From positions 1,116,001 to 1,180,000 of the forward strand of contig OZ287077.1 in the NCBI GenBank assembly GCA_965645245.1: a stretch of 64,000 nucleotides of DNA, read 5' to 3'. Shown here one piece after another: positions 1-11,974 of this stretch; position 1 is the stretch's first letter; every line of letters starts with the position of its first letter. Source of the DNA: Massalongia carnosa (taxonomy: Eukaryota). Made by a program: the position numbers and the translations under genes. The notes under the pieces are model-generated. The model saw only the letters and a program-made list of their open reading frames with translations. It had not been told where the DNA came from and did no database searches.

Positions 1-614
1 TTTACCATTGTCCATTTTGATATTCGCACATGAAAAGAAAACTGCTTCGGCAGTAAATAAAATAAGTAGCGGGGGATAAATCTTGAGATGACTATTGGAC
101 AGGATCTAAACTTTTTAGACCGAATAGAGATGAGACGCAAGAAGGGCTTATTGAACAAAATGACTAAAGCAGGGCCTTACGTTGGTGTTTTAAGAAAGCG
201 CAAGGTACGTAAGGGCTGTTATCAAGGTGACTAAAGTAATTAATTTCTGATAAGGTTGTTCTATATCGTATAATCTATCTTGGATCCGGGGCGTTCCAAA
301 CCGATGCTGTCCCACGAGGAAAAGGAGATTGAGTTTGAAGACCAGTCCACAACGCGGTTGGGGATGAAAGTCGTGGAAGTTATCAATACAATGCCTGATC
401 TAGTACACACTCGAATAGTGATTTTGAGAGGGAAAGGGAATCTCTGTTCCAAACGAGTTCCAGACCTTGAAGGCGTCCAATGCGGAATAGTACTATACCC
501 GCCGAAAGGGTCGTCATTTGGATTCGGCCGTGATAAGCAACGCTGGATTTTGTGAAAGATACTCGTACATGGCGCTGGAAATAATCTTTATGTCGTTAAA
601 CAAGCCGGGTTCCA

Positions 615-2003
615 TCATCTCAGGAGGTTGCCGTCCCAGATCCTCCAACCAAGTCTAATGCCAAGGCTTTCCATCCTTTTGCACATCCAAATTCGGGCAC
701 CTTCGACTTCGTCCCACTCCTCAATGTATAGATTTATCAAAATATTTCCCAAGCGTGGAACTGCGGATCGCTGGTCCTTGGCCGTACTCACAAGTGCCTT
801 CATGGAGGATTCAAAAGGCACATCCCGCTCACTCGACCATAGGACAAGGGTTCTTATGCTACTAGGGAGAGAGTCAAATCCTGGGAAATGGGCGTGGAAA
901 GTCTCCAAGTAAACCAAGGATGAGGTTTTAAAGGTGGCTAGCTTCTTCTGTACTCGACTTTCGAACGAAGAGTCAACATGAACGAACAATCGTAAGCGCT
1001 GTAGAGAAGACCTGTTGCCGTCTAGGGCGCCCATGAAAAACCTGGTTGCTTCCGGGATTTCTGCTACTTGATCCTCGTCTTCGTCGTCTTCCTCCTCGTC
1101 TTCCTCCTCGTCCTCTTCTTCCCTATCATCTCCACAAGACTCTCCATAAAAAGCTATGGATTTAAGTCTTGGAAGCCCCCGGGTCAATGCTGCATAATCA
1201 CATGGTTGGCTTGTGACGACCCTAGAGTACAGCTCCGCCTGCCTCGTGCTCGTATCTGCATCAAGGCGATTAATTTCTAGCTCAACGAGATTCGAAAGTC
1301 CACGGACTAATGCTGTTACTTCAGCAGACGGGCTTGTAGACATGCCTGAGAAACAAAGTCGCTTGAGATTAGGCAAATTTGAAAGAAACCTAGCTGGCAG
1401 AAATTCTTCGTGGTTGGTGAGCGTGCATAGGTGAGGAAATCGATGGGCTATAATATTCGAGAATGAAACCAGCATGTGATACGAGGGGCGTGGATCTGCG
1501 TCCGTGCTTGGGAGAACAGTGAAGTGCTTCACGTTCGGAAGATAAGAGAAAGCACTTCCCAAGCGTTCCATTTCAATATCACAGGCTTGGTCATATGGAT
1601 TCCCAACCGGTGCTTGAGCACTATTGGCTGCGGTGATATTAGCTTGTCGAAGACGTTTTCCTAGCGCCCCAACAATCTTTTCCGGATCAATGTCATGAAG
1701 TTTGAACTGTATATCTACGACGTAGCGGAGATATCTTCGATCCACTTGGGAGAGCCAAGCGTATAATTCCAATTGTCCATCAAAAGCGAGGGACTGTCTG
1801 AAAAGAAATGGCTTGGCTTCTCGATAAATCTGGTGATTGACCAACAGCAAGGAAAACAGCGAGGAGGCATCATCCGGTACAAGCTCCGCATAAACATGCT
1901 CACGAAGCTCTAGAGGAATGGTGAGTAGATGAGGTGGTGGTCGTTGTGGCGCCTTGGCCCTGCTGACGTTGGGTGGTGCAGAAATCTTTCTTGGTTTGTG
2001 CAT
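615..2003 (-). CDS. Hypothetical protein with F-box-like N-terminus and LRR/RNI-like region
   Basis: 462-aa intronless ORF; N-terminal HLLTIPLELREHVY resembles fungal F-box-like starts; LxxLxxL periodicity (LPNLKRL, LSNLVEL, LPRLKSI); acidic tract. Confidence 0.6.
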   Translation of the reverse strand: MHKPRKISAPPNVSRAKAPQRPPPHLLTIPLELREHVYAELVPDDASSLFSLLLVNHQIYREAKPFLFRQSLAFDGQLELYAWLSQVDRRYLRYVVDIQFKLHDIDPEKIVGALGKRLRQANITAANSAQAPVGNPYDQACDIEMERLGSAFSYLPNVKHFTVLPSTDADPRPSYHMLVSFSNIIAHRFPHLCTLTNHEEFLPARFLSNLPNLKRLCFSGMSTSPSAEVTALVRGLSNLVELEINRLDADTSTRQAELYSRVVTSQPCDYAALTRGLPRLKSIAFYGESCGDDREEEDEEEDEEEDDEDEDQVAEIPEATRFFMGALDGNRSSLQRLRLFVHVDSSFESRVQKKLATFKTSSLVYLETFHAHFPGFDSLPSSIRTLVLWSSERDVPFESSMKALVSTAKDQRSAVPRLGNILINLYIEEWDEVEGARIWMCKRMESLGIRLGWRIWDGNLLR

Positions 2004-3737
2004 TGATAGGCGATAGGGCTTAACGAGATAGAGATAAATACTTTGAATGGTGAAGTGTCAACGGACTTGAATTGAACGTAAGAGCAGGGAAAGACTGAGT
2101 CTTTGAAGCTACTTATGCATAACGAAAGAATGCCGAAACGCCGAGTCTGAATGGTGAACATTATGGAAGGCTTAAGCATGAATCGTGCTCAGTCAGTTTA
2201 AACGAATGAAAGTACATGGACAGCAAGTGGAGAGAGCAAAGTATGGAAAACAAATGACTGGCCCAGGAAATCCTCGGCCATAACCAGGACCACCTCTGAC
2301 GAGCCATCTCACCATGGCATGGTTAACGAATGGCGAGAGATATGATATAATCAATAAATACGGTGAAGAAGCTACGCAACAGGATGAAGAGTAGATTCTT
2401 AGGGATGGAAGGAAAAGCTCAATAGCGGCAAGGTTCGCGCATAATTGAAGACATGAATCAACGAACGGCACAGAGGAAAGCGCATTATAAGCCAATCAGC
2501 GACAAGCTAGACGAGGAGGACTGGGGGGAATAGGTTCATAGCGTACGCCTGAGCATCAACAGATGACACGCCTTGATTTGAAGCGCGTATCACAGGTTGA
2601 GCGGTCGGTGGTGGAACCATAAGGAATAAGAAGCTGACGAGGTACACGACCTCAGATCTCCGTAGACTAGGGGGGGGATGGGTAGCTTCGCCGCATGCAG
2701 CCTAGGAGGATTTTTGTAAAGCCGCCCTCTACGCTCGCCTGCTCGGTGCAATTAGCTTTCGTACGATTTACGAGGAAGTCCCCGAACTACTCGACGTGAG
2801 GCAGGGCAAGCCTCTTAAATCCCAAAGCCATGGAACGGATGATTTCGCTGGTCTAGAAGTGTAGGCTGGCAGGAGAACGTGGCATGAAATGCAAGCATTT
2901 CAGATTGCCGAGAGGGAATGCAGTTGCGAGCCTGCAAGATCTCACACACACTCATCGCCCGGGGGTGTATGGATTGAAGCGGTGGATGTAAAGGGATGTG
3001 GGGGTATTGATGAGGTGACTGTGTGGCGAGGCGTTGAGACAGCGATTGCATAATGTTGAATGGAGTAGGGTTGAGGTTGGCGTTAGAGTTGGAGGAAAAG
3101 GTTAGGCATGACTGTGGTATGTGGTGGAAGCGGCTCAGAGTAAGCCAAGAAGGAAAAATCAACGACCGAAGAAAGCCGACCAATCAGGAGTCTCATCACC
3201 CACGCACGGAATAGAATCCTCTTCGAGCACCGACCATCTGACTCCCTCACAAATCATCATCAATTCTCTACTAATCCATTGTCGCCTATTCTTCAACATC
3301 ACACGCGCTTTCTCTGTAAAGTAGCACTGCTTCGCTTTGCACCCTTATTTGCTGCGCCTGAACTTGTGGCTTAGCCCAAGGAGCCTCAGAGCGAACTCGG
3401 CGTTTTACCACGATGTCTACGTCCTGCACCGACGATCTCCGCAGAAGCAAACTCTGCTGGTACTTTGTACTTTGTACAGAGTTTGTGGGCGAGTTGTGAT
3501 CTATTTACATCGTTTGTATAGCTGCACCCCCTCGTAGCGCCGGTCTGGCCAAAGCAAGGGCCGACGAAAAATAGACTACCAAAGATAATTGTCTGTCTGT
3601 ACCACACTAGGGTCCCTCGGATAACATGTCCAGACCTTGTACGAAATACATTCTCCTTCGCCTAACCATATGCAGGAAATGGATTAGCAACAAAGCCTAG
3701 AAAGGTTATGCAGCATGCATAATCCAACTCAACCCGG

Positions 3738-5132
3738 CTAAGATCGAAGTCGCAGTAACTTGGCCGCATAATCGGCAATTAGATCCTCCGACGGAAAACT
3801 CATATCTTCCAATTGCTTTGCGTACGGAGTTGGGACTTCAGCACCCGTGACTCGAACGGCAGGCGCATCGAGGTAATCAAAGGCGTATTCCATCGTTAAA
3901 GCCAAAATCTCAGCGCCCACTCCAAAACTAGGGAAGCCACTTTCGACGGCCATGAGATGGCCCGTCTTCTTGACCGATTTAACAATTGCATCAAGGTCTA
4001 AAGGTTTCACAGACCGTAGGTTGATCACTTCGGCTTCTACACCGAATTTTTTCTTCAGCGTCTCAGCAGCGGTGAGAGATTGTCCAACGCAACGAGAGAG
4101 TGTGACGATCGTAAGATCTTTCCCTGAACGTTCAATCTTGGCTTTGCCGAAAGGGATGACAAAGTCGTCTTTCTGGGCCGCCTCAGACATGGGAAAGGGT
4201 GTGCCGTAAAGTAATCTGCAAAGTATTAGTCTATATGATGGTATATCATACATATGATATTGTACTCGTTTTCCAAAACAACGACAGGGTTCGGATCTCG
4301 GATCGCAGCCTTGAGAAGCCCTTTTGCATCCTCCGAGCTCCATGGTGCTACAACTTTTAATCCCGGGATGCTGCCGTACCAACTAGAATAGTCTTGGGAG
4401 TGCTGTGCGGCCACGCCAGCAGCAAAGCCGTTGGGCCCACGGAAGGTAATGTTGCAGGGCTGAATGCCGCCGGACATATAATGTGTCTTGGCGGCTGAGT
4501 TTATAATCTGATCGATGGCTTGCATGGCAAAGTTGAAGGTCATGAATTCGCACTAAGAAAAAAACAGGCACAGGTCAGTCCGGGTGAAATTTCCGGTGAG
4601 GCACTGTTGGACCTACCACCGGGTGTAAACCTGCCAATGCAGCCCCAACAGTCAAGCCACAGAAGCCAGATTCGGTAATAGGGCTATCAATGACTCTCTT
4701 CTCGCCAAAACGGTCTAGTAATCCCTTGGTCACTTTGTACCTGTCAAATCATCAAGATTAGCATATTTGGCCGGTGAATCGTTCGGCGGTTTTCTCGGGT
4801 TGAAGACAGCCAGCAGATCTCGACGCTCTTCAGCGGAGGAGATTCTTTCCAACTCTGGCTTTCGTGCGAAGACACACTCACGCTCCATTGTATTGTGCAA
4901 CCTCTTCCCCTAGCACGAAAACTTTGGGATTCGCTGCGAGCTCCTCGGCCAGAGCCTCGTTTAGTGCGTCTCTGACCGCCACCTCTTTGACACCGCTTGG
5001 CGTGGCATATCTTCTCCGGTCGACATTAAATGGTAATGGAGTTACCGATTGGAAGGTGGATTTGGTAGACGGCGCAAGAGGCCTGTGAAGGAGAAATCGG
5101 GAAGCTGGCCGCAGCAAGCATGAGGCGACCAT
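3738..5132 (-). CDS. PDB1: Pyruvate dehydrogenase E1 beta subunit, mitochondrial (multi-exon)
   Basis: [70 protein letters not shown]; Arg/Ser-rich presequence from ATG 5132; canonical introns. Confidence 0.97.
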
Positions 5133-5311
5133 GACGATGACAGAGAAAGGAAATCTGGACGACCGTGAGGTCGAATATAGTGTTCTATGTAAAATATAAA
5201 AAGCTTTAATCGTGGGATGGTTTGCAAATGAGCGATTAGAATGACCAACCTTGAAGTGTAGGTTGAGTATCAGTATGAGCAAAATTCACCACCTAACTCA
5301 ACAGCGCTACT

Positions 5312-5329
5312 TAACCCTAATTGGGGTTA
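5312..5329. promoter_or_regulatory. Inverted pair of telomere-repeat-like boxes (TAACCC-N6-GGGTTA) upstream of PDB1
   Basis: TAACCCTAATTGGGGTTA about 180 bp upstream of the PDB1 ATG; function inferred only. Confidence 0.3.
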
Positions 5330-6928
5330 CTTTACTGTGCGGACGCTAGTGTTTCGCTGGGAATCAAGAACAACGCCATTACTACTCCGGAAAAAGCATA
5401 GCGGTCAACCAAATCATTTCAAGAAGTGCACGTGACAGAACGGGTCACACCCTCAACAGAACAACCGACTTCATCTTAGCTAAATTCTTAGGAAGTGCCC
5501 ACTCTATATTTACCTCCCTTTTCGTAGAAATAGTTTACTGGCCGTAAGGGCGAGCGAGTAAAATGAGGGAGTGTTTGAGTTGAGATGTTGAGAGAGGATG
5601 GTACCACTGGAAAAATTACCGTGGTTGAACGATCCTACAACGCGGACCTATTTCTCTTCATGACGGATTAAGCTTTTTTTCCGTGAAAGACGAGCAGAAT
5701 GGCAGGATAGCTGCAACGGCAGGCTTTTAGTTTCAGGATGTTTTTTGGCAGGATTGGGTGTTTCTGGGGGAAAGTATGAATGAATGCAACGATGGTCAAG
5801 AAAGGGGGATTTGTTGTCGACTCCACGATTCAGGATCACAATCGGTTTTTGGGCGGGTTGGCATTTCCGAAGACCTTCAAGGGCGCTGAGAGAGGGAGGG
5901 CTAGGGCCGCGTCTAACTTCGGTCGGGATGGGGGTGGGCAGTGAGAGGGACGAAAACTATGACGGAGAGGAAGTTTGGAAAGGTCGGACGTTCACTTCAT
6001 CAAAGACGCTTCAGGTTGGATTTAGTCTAGATTAGCTAAGGGAGCGGGAGAATTTGTGAGGTTGAGGAGCTCCTTTTCTGTTCCGACTAAGTCCTCTAGT
6101 TATGGTAGTACAATGCGAGACACCCGCGCCTTTTCGTAGTTTCTTGACTATGATGGTGAGAATGCAACGCTTGACTTCCTCCTTGTCCTCTGAAAACGGG
6201 GATATCCGATCAGGATTTTTTTGAAAGCACTATTCTGAGTCTGAAAGAAGAGTTAACATATATGATTCGATCTATACGGGGCTTTTCAGCTTCAGAGAAG
6301 GCCCTATATTTTCGGGGGAGGGCAATAGGCGCAGGCAAACAAAATCAAGACGAGTCGTGGAAGTCCTTTGCATCCAAGCTCTTATGTAATAAATCTTTAC
6401 CATCGGGCTTTCGTTAGTGCAATATAGTTAGAATAAGGATTCTAGGTGGTCTAGGTAGTAGGGGCTAACGATAGGATTTTTCTAAAGATTTCAGATAATC
6501 CTCCAAGGGTCTCGCAGTCTCCAGTAATAGTCCGGGTTCGCTTCTCGCATGATAATAATGGACGCTACTATGGTGAGAAAAGCAAAGATGCGTATGCTAA
6601 CCAGGCTTATCAGCCAGTCATCGGTGGTAGAGTGGAGACACCAGACATTATTTCATGGTGCGCTGACTTACCGAGTATGATCATCAGGAGTAGATCTCAG
6701 CTATGTCCTAGGCGACGCCAGGCGCTATGGTCCGCAAGATCGCCGCCGCATCACCCATAAACTAGCGATCGCGTAATCTCTAGAAGTGTGATAGTATCGT
6801 TGTTCCTAAGTTTTCGACCCCAACGAGATGAATTCCTCCGCCACAGTATTTTGATCTTGCTGGTATGCAAGACAATACCACTTGAAATAAAACCGGCGGT
6901 TCCTCCTCAAAGTTCAAGACCGTTGCTG

Positions 6929-8154
6929 TTAGTTGCCTGATAAGCTTGGATAATTTACAACTTCTTGTCCAGGTGGAGGGGCGATTGCGGCTAAATCATC
7001 TAATCTTTGATGCAAAGCAGTCTCTTGTCTACCATCCACCAAGCGTGTGTTCGGTCCATTAAGCGCCCCGACGGCTTTTGCCGTGTCTCGGCCTTGTCTC
7101 GCGATTGCCATTCGCTCGTCCTTCTCCATGTTATCCAATGGCCTTGGCTTTCCCCATTGTACACGCAAAGGACATCCTGAAATGACTGCCTTTCCTTGGC
7201 AATTTGCAGCTGCAGTCTCAGCTCCTTCTCGCGTAGCATAATTGATAAAGGCACAGTGAGATCGGTGTGAGCAAATAACAGACCGTAATACCCCAAACGG
7301 CGTAAAAAATGTTCGAAGAGCATGCTCAGGAAGGTCATCCTCCACGCCAGTAATAAAGAGAGAAGTGATATTAGGGTCTCGAGGGGGAAGAATATCCTGG
7401 GGTCCTGGCGGAAGCTGTGCGGTGCCTGGAAAGGTACGCCCTCCTCTTGAACCTCCACGACCCCCACGAAATGTTCCCCCTCTACCTCCTGAAAATCCAC
7501 CTCGTCGACTATCTTGAGTCCGGACAGGCCCTGGCGCCGCCGCAAGTCTTCTCTGCCGATCTTCATCATCAGTCCGAGTTTCTGCGTTTCTACCACTATC
7601 CTCGGTGACTTCTAGTCGCCGCTGTCGTTTGTAATAAGGCTCGCTATTGGCCAATCGCCTTAGAAGTTCTCGTGCCTTCTCGTCGGTTTTCTCATACTCT
7701 TCTACGCCACCTCTACCCTCCTCGATTTCCCGTTCATTCTCTTGAGCATAGTACTCTCGATTAATGCTGCTTTCTGGTCCTGGAGCTACCATTTTAAGCG
7801 CTGCATCTCGTACTACGATAGGAAGACCGAATGAGAGATCCAGCATGCAACACTGACAGCAATTCTTCAGTCGTGCGCAAGTCAGACAGATATTTGTGCG
7901 TTTGGTGCGGGCAGTCCGATCAGCTTTCCAGGAGAACACTGTGAATGGTCGCGTGCAGATTTTACATTCTGCTCCATGGTCTGATTTCAACATCTGAACA
8001 TATGGATTATCGGGAAGGCAATTCTCACAGACGGAAGGGAAATCTACAAATCGAGAGTTTTTAAGCAACAACCGCTACCATATCTCTAATCGGGTAACTC
8101 ACCCGTTGTTTCCCAACCCGAGCGATTAAGATCTTGTTTGATTTGAGGAGGCAT
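6929..8154 (-). CDS. SLT11: Pre-mRNA splicing factor Slt11/Ecm2 (RBM22 family)
   Basis: Exon 1 MPPQIKQDLNRSGWETT, intron, then DFPSVCENCLPDNPYVQM...CKICTRPF...CARLKNCCQCCMLDL zinc region and C-terminal RRM (SLFITG, CAFINY). Confidence 0.95.
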
Positions 8155-8557
8155 GATGAGGACGAAAGGGTTGCCTAAAAGTTAACGTGAGATGGAGATT
8201 CTAGAGGTTTTGATGATAGATAAGGTAAAGGTTGATCGGCAATATGTCACATCACTTGTGAAAATGCTGCGGAGTAATTGCTTTTCTTGCCCGGATAGCG
8301 TGCACATGTGATGTGGCGTGAGGAAGTCGATAGTTTAGCCGGGATCCGGCACTATGCCCTTAAATCGTTAGTGTTCTTATTTACCCTAGTCGAGACTGTT
8401 TTTCTTGCGATTACGAAGTCAAGATAATGCGGTTTACTCTGTATAGTCAGTAGTTTTGGACTTATCTTACACCCTCCTTCGGTCCTTCTTTTGTTTCCCA
8501 CGGCTGTGTCAATTCAATCATTACTCGAAAGTCTAGGATTAGTCGAAAGCACTGACC

Positions 8558-9850
8558 ATGGCCCCCATTGCCCTCGAAGCCGAAGACCATTCGCGAGATG
8601 CAGCTTTCAACAAAGCTCTACATGGCAAGCTCGAGGCGAAAGGCTTCCGCTCCATCATCAGCAAGGACCATGAAGCTCATCAAGCAGCGTCCGAAGAGTA
8701 TTTCAAGCATTGGGACAACAAATCCGCCGAGTCAGAGACCCCAGAGATTAGAGAGGTGTGTGTAGCTTCCCTAGTCTCACATAGAAGTATCACTAAATTT
8801 TACATAGGCACGCAAGAAAGAATATGCCACCCTCACCAAACAGTGAGTCAATGAATTATCTACCTGCGCTCCGTGCTGAGTGTTATGCGCAGCTATTACA
8901 ACCTAGCCACCGACATTTACGAATATGGCTGGGGAGGATCCTTTCATTTCTGCCGGTTCGCCTTCGGTGAAGGCTTTTACCAAGCCATTGCTCGTCATGA
9001 GCATTATTTAGCTCACGTGATGGGTTTGCGAGATGGTATGACCGTGCTAGACGTCGGTTGTGGTGTTGGAGGACCAGCTAGGGAGATTGTAAAGTTCGCT
9101 GGCGTCAACGTTGTGGGGCTGAACAATAATGACTACCAAATCGATCGCGCAACGGCCTATGCTGCAAGAGAGGGGCTTTCGCACAAACTCAGCTTTAAGA
9201 AAGGTGACTTCATGGTATATTATCCCTTCCAAAACGTCTCTTCTCCCAACCTTTACCCCTAACCACTTCAGCAGCAAATGTCTTTTCCCTCTAACAGCTT
9301 CGACGCTGTCTACGCTATCGAAGCCACTGTGCACGCCCCCTCGCTCGAAGGCGTGTACTCGCAAGTTTTCCGTGTGCTGAAGCCCGGCGGCGTCTTCGGC
9401 GTGTACGAATGGCTCATGACGGACGCCTACGACAACGAGAACCCGCAACACCGGCAGATCCGGCTAGGCATAGAGCAAGGCGACGGCATCTCCAACATGG
9501 TGCGCGTGTCCGAGGGCCTGCGCGCCATCCAGGCCGCTGGCTTCGAGCTGGAGATGCACGAGGATCTGGCCGACCGCGATGACGCGCGCCCATGGTACTA
9601 CCCGCTCGACGGCGACCTGCGCATGGCGCAGAGCCTCGGTGACCTGTTGACCATCGCGCGCATGACCAAGATCGGCAGGGCAACCATGCACAATCTCATC
9701 GGCGGCCTGGAGAGGGTTGGCATTGCGCCCAAGGGCACCAAGAAAACGGCAGACAGCATGGCCGTCGCGGCCGATTGCTTGGTGGCGGGCGGCAAGCAGA
9801 AGCTGTTCACGCCCATGTACTTGATGGTAGCGAGGAAACCGGCGGTGTAG
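8558..9850 (+). CDS. ERG6: Sterol 24-C-methyltransferase (4 exons)
   Basis: [69 protein letters not shown]. Confidence 0.97.
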
Positions 9851-10381
9851 GCGGTATTTTTGGTGTACATAATTAGACGATTTTACCTTCTCCCTGCGTT
9901 TTCTCTCTGAGGAGCCCTGTTCATAGACCGACCTGTACATATCATTGACTAACCTGCCTTTCCCCTTCATGGCAACAATTGAAATCCCAGCAATATCACT
10001 TTCCTCGATCAAATTAACTCCCTTCTCTCCCTCCCACAGGCCCTATTCTCTATCACTCTCATTTCCCTATCTAGAAAACCCAAGCTCGGAGGAGCAGAGT
10101 TGAGACGAGAGTTTTTGCAGGGGAAAAGGAGAGAAGAGGAGGGAGGAAGGGTTTTGAAGGAAGGGGAAGGAGAGACCGCTTGCAGGCTGATACCTATGCA
10201 TTCTCAAGACTTAATCAAAACCATATCTCTCGACAAAGGAGACAAGAGTAATTTAATGGGTATCATCGACATAAGTAAGAAAACCAGTTGTGCCCATCTA
10301 CGGTCCCATCTAAATCATAAGTAGATATTTTCTTTTTCCAAAGAACGCCCATGATAACCATCCGCCCTAATCGGGTCGTCC

Positions 10382-11211
10382 TCACTGGTCCGTAGGCGCC
10401 TGGTTGTATTTGTCCGTTGCCGATCGGAAAAGCTCTTGTTGCTGCAGCAGCAACTGCTCCTGCGTGAGTCCGCTTAGGTCCATTTTGCTCGATTTCTTCT
10501 CTCTCGTCTGCATCCCCAAAAGGTCAGCCAACGAACATACTAACAAACCAGTGTCCTCTGCTCTCTCTTCCTATCCTGCAAAGACTCATGAGGACATACT
10601 TTCAGCTGTTCCTTATGCTCCTCCGCCACAGCCATCACAGCATCCACGTACTCCGGAAACCCTAGGTCGCGCAGCGCTGTGACGATATGCTCTGTGGAGA
10701 TGGTCTTCTTAGCGTCGCGCTCGGAGATCTCATTCGCTTCCGAGGAGATGAGGGTGAGGAACTCCACGCAGCATTCGATCAGCACGTCGCGCGCTTCCCG
10801 CGTGAAGGTCGTGCCCTGGTCGTGGGCGAGGATCTCAGTGATGATTTTATGGACGGTAGCTAGAGGGAAGATTTCGATTAGCTTTCGAAGCCTTGCACTG
10901 GCTGGTTAAGCATTTAGAGCGGTAGAGGGGAGTTTTCGTGTACCGGATGGTAGCCGGAGGGTTTCCATCGTGCATTAGGCGATATGGATGAGCTAACGTC
11001 TGGGGATCTTTTCCACCGCGTTTGAGAGGCTGTGTAGATTGTGTGTCTTTTCCGGGGGGGGTTACTGGAGGTTCGGAAGGAAGAGTCTTCTTACCTTTGG
11101 GAAGAGAGAGATCATCGCTGCCTTTGTGACCGTTAGAGTCGCATTCCTCAGGGAAACAATGCGCATGCTCGCGAGAGGGGAACACTCACTGCCGAACTCT
11201 CGGTCAGACAT
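10382..11211 (-). CDS. NCB2: Negative cofactor 2 beta subunit (Dr1/NC2-beta, histone fold)
   Basis: Spliced MSDREFGS/SDDLSLPK/ATVHKIITEIL...LIECCVEFLTLISSEANEISERDAKKTI; final exon ends KYNQAPTDQ*. Confidence 0.93.
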
Positions 11212-11622
11212 GCTATGCACTCTTCTTGACTATAGCGAGAAGTCGTTTGAAATGTGTCTAAAATTCAGAAAGTGAGAAGACATAGACAACGGGTCGGGCA
11301 AGTGAACTTGGACTATACTCGTACGGAGTACTCGTACGAGTACTTGTAATTAGTTTCTGCCGCCTGGGATTTTGGCGGTGAAGATTTAGCGAGGCACCTA
11401 TAATTCGGAAATATTTGTTGAATTTCGTTTTCCATCTCATGTCAACGTTATATCCCCTCCAACAAAGAATGCTTCGTTGGAGGATTGATCTTTATGTACA
11501 ACATCATTTTTGATCAGTGGAGATAAGGACTTTTCGACTACTTGTCCATTGGAGGCGATGTACCCGTTGTCAAGGTAAGCCTTTTATCCCTATATCACCT
11601 ATCAATCTGCACCACTCGAATT

Positions 11623-11713
11623 ACTATGATGAACGTCGTGTCGCCCCTATCATACTATCGAGCTTCTGCTCTCGTGGTGATGTACCTGTCTTACCCAAAC
11701 GGACTATCTGAGT
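11623..11713 (+). ncRNA. Box C/D snoRNA, snR67/SNORD31-like candidate
   Basis: C box ATGATGA 11626-11632, guide GTGTCGCCCCTAT then degenerate D' (CATA), C' GTGATGT 11677-11683, D box CTGA 11708-11711; intronic. Confidence 0.7.
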
Positions 11714-11893
11714 TCTCTGTTTCCGCTTATCCTGTCTTGCTATGCAACTTGGTATTTCTGAGCTGACCTGAGGTGTATATAGATGGAAAAAAAGGCTTGC
11801 CCTCCCTCAGGTGCCACAATTATTGAGGCCAAAGCTTGTTCACTTGAAAGGTAAGGTCAATAGCCTCCGAGCTGCCCATACTTTCGAATATAT

Positions 11894-11974
11894 ACTACAA
11901 TGATGAATCAAAAAATGACTATCAAATGCCGATCTACGATATGACGAGCAAACTGGTTCGATTACCTGAATAGT
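11894..11974 (+). ncRNA. Box C/D snoRNA with two rRNA guides
   Basis: C ATGATGA 11900-11906; guide ACTATCAAAT 11918-11927 (antisense to 18S AUUUGAUAGU); D' CCGA 11929-11932; C' ATGACGA 11941-11947; guide TGGTTCGATTA 11954-11964 (antisense to 25S UAAUCGAACCA); D CTGA 11966-11969; ACTA/TAGT terminal stem. Confidence 0.85.

Noticed and set aside
6445..6548. tRNA-like A/B boxes (TGGTCTAG...GGTTCGCTTC)
   Set aside because: No cloverleaf stems can be formed.
5312..6870. Telomerase RNA candidate (template-like TAACCCTAA at 5312; ATTTTTG plus GTATGC near 6848-6868)
   Set aside because: The template would be sequestered by the adjacent GGGTTA, it lies in the PDB1 promoter, and I could not identify a pseudoknot or CR4/5 domain.
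10860..11094. Long NCB2 intron as a snoRNA or riboswitch host
   Set aside because: No C/D boxes, clear H/ACA architecture or TPP-aptamer motifs seen.
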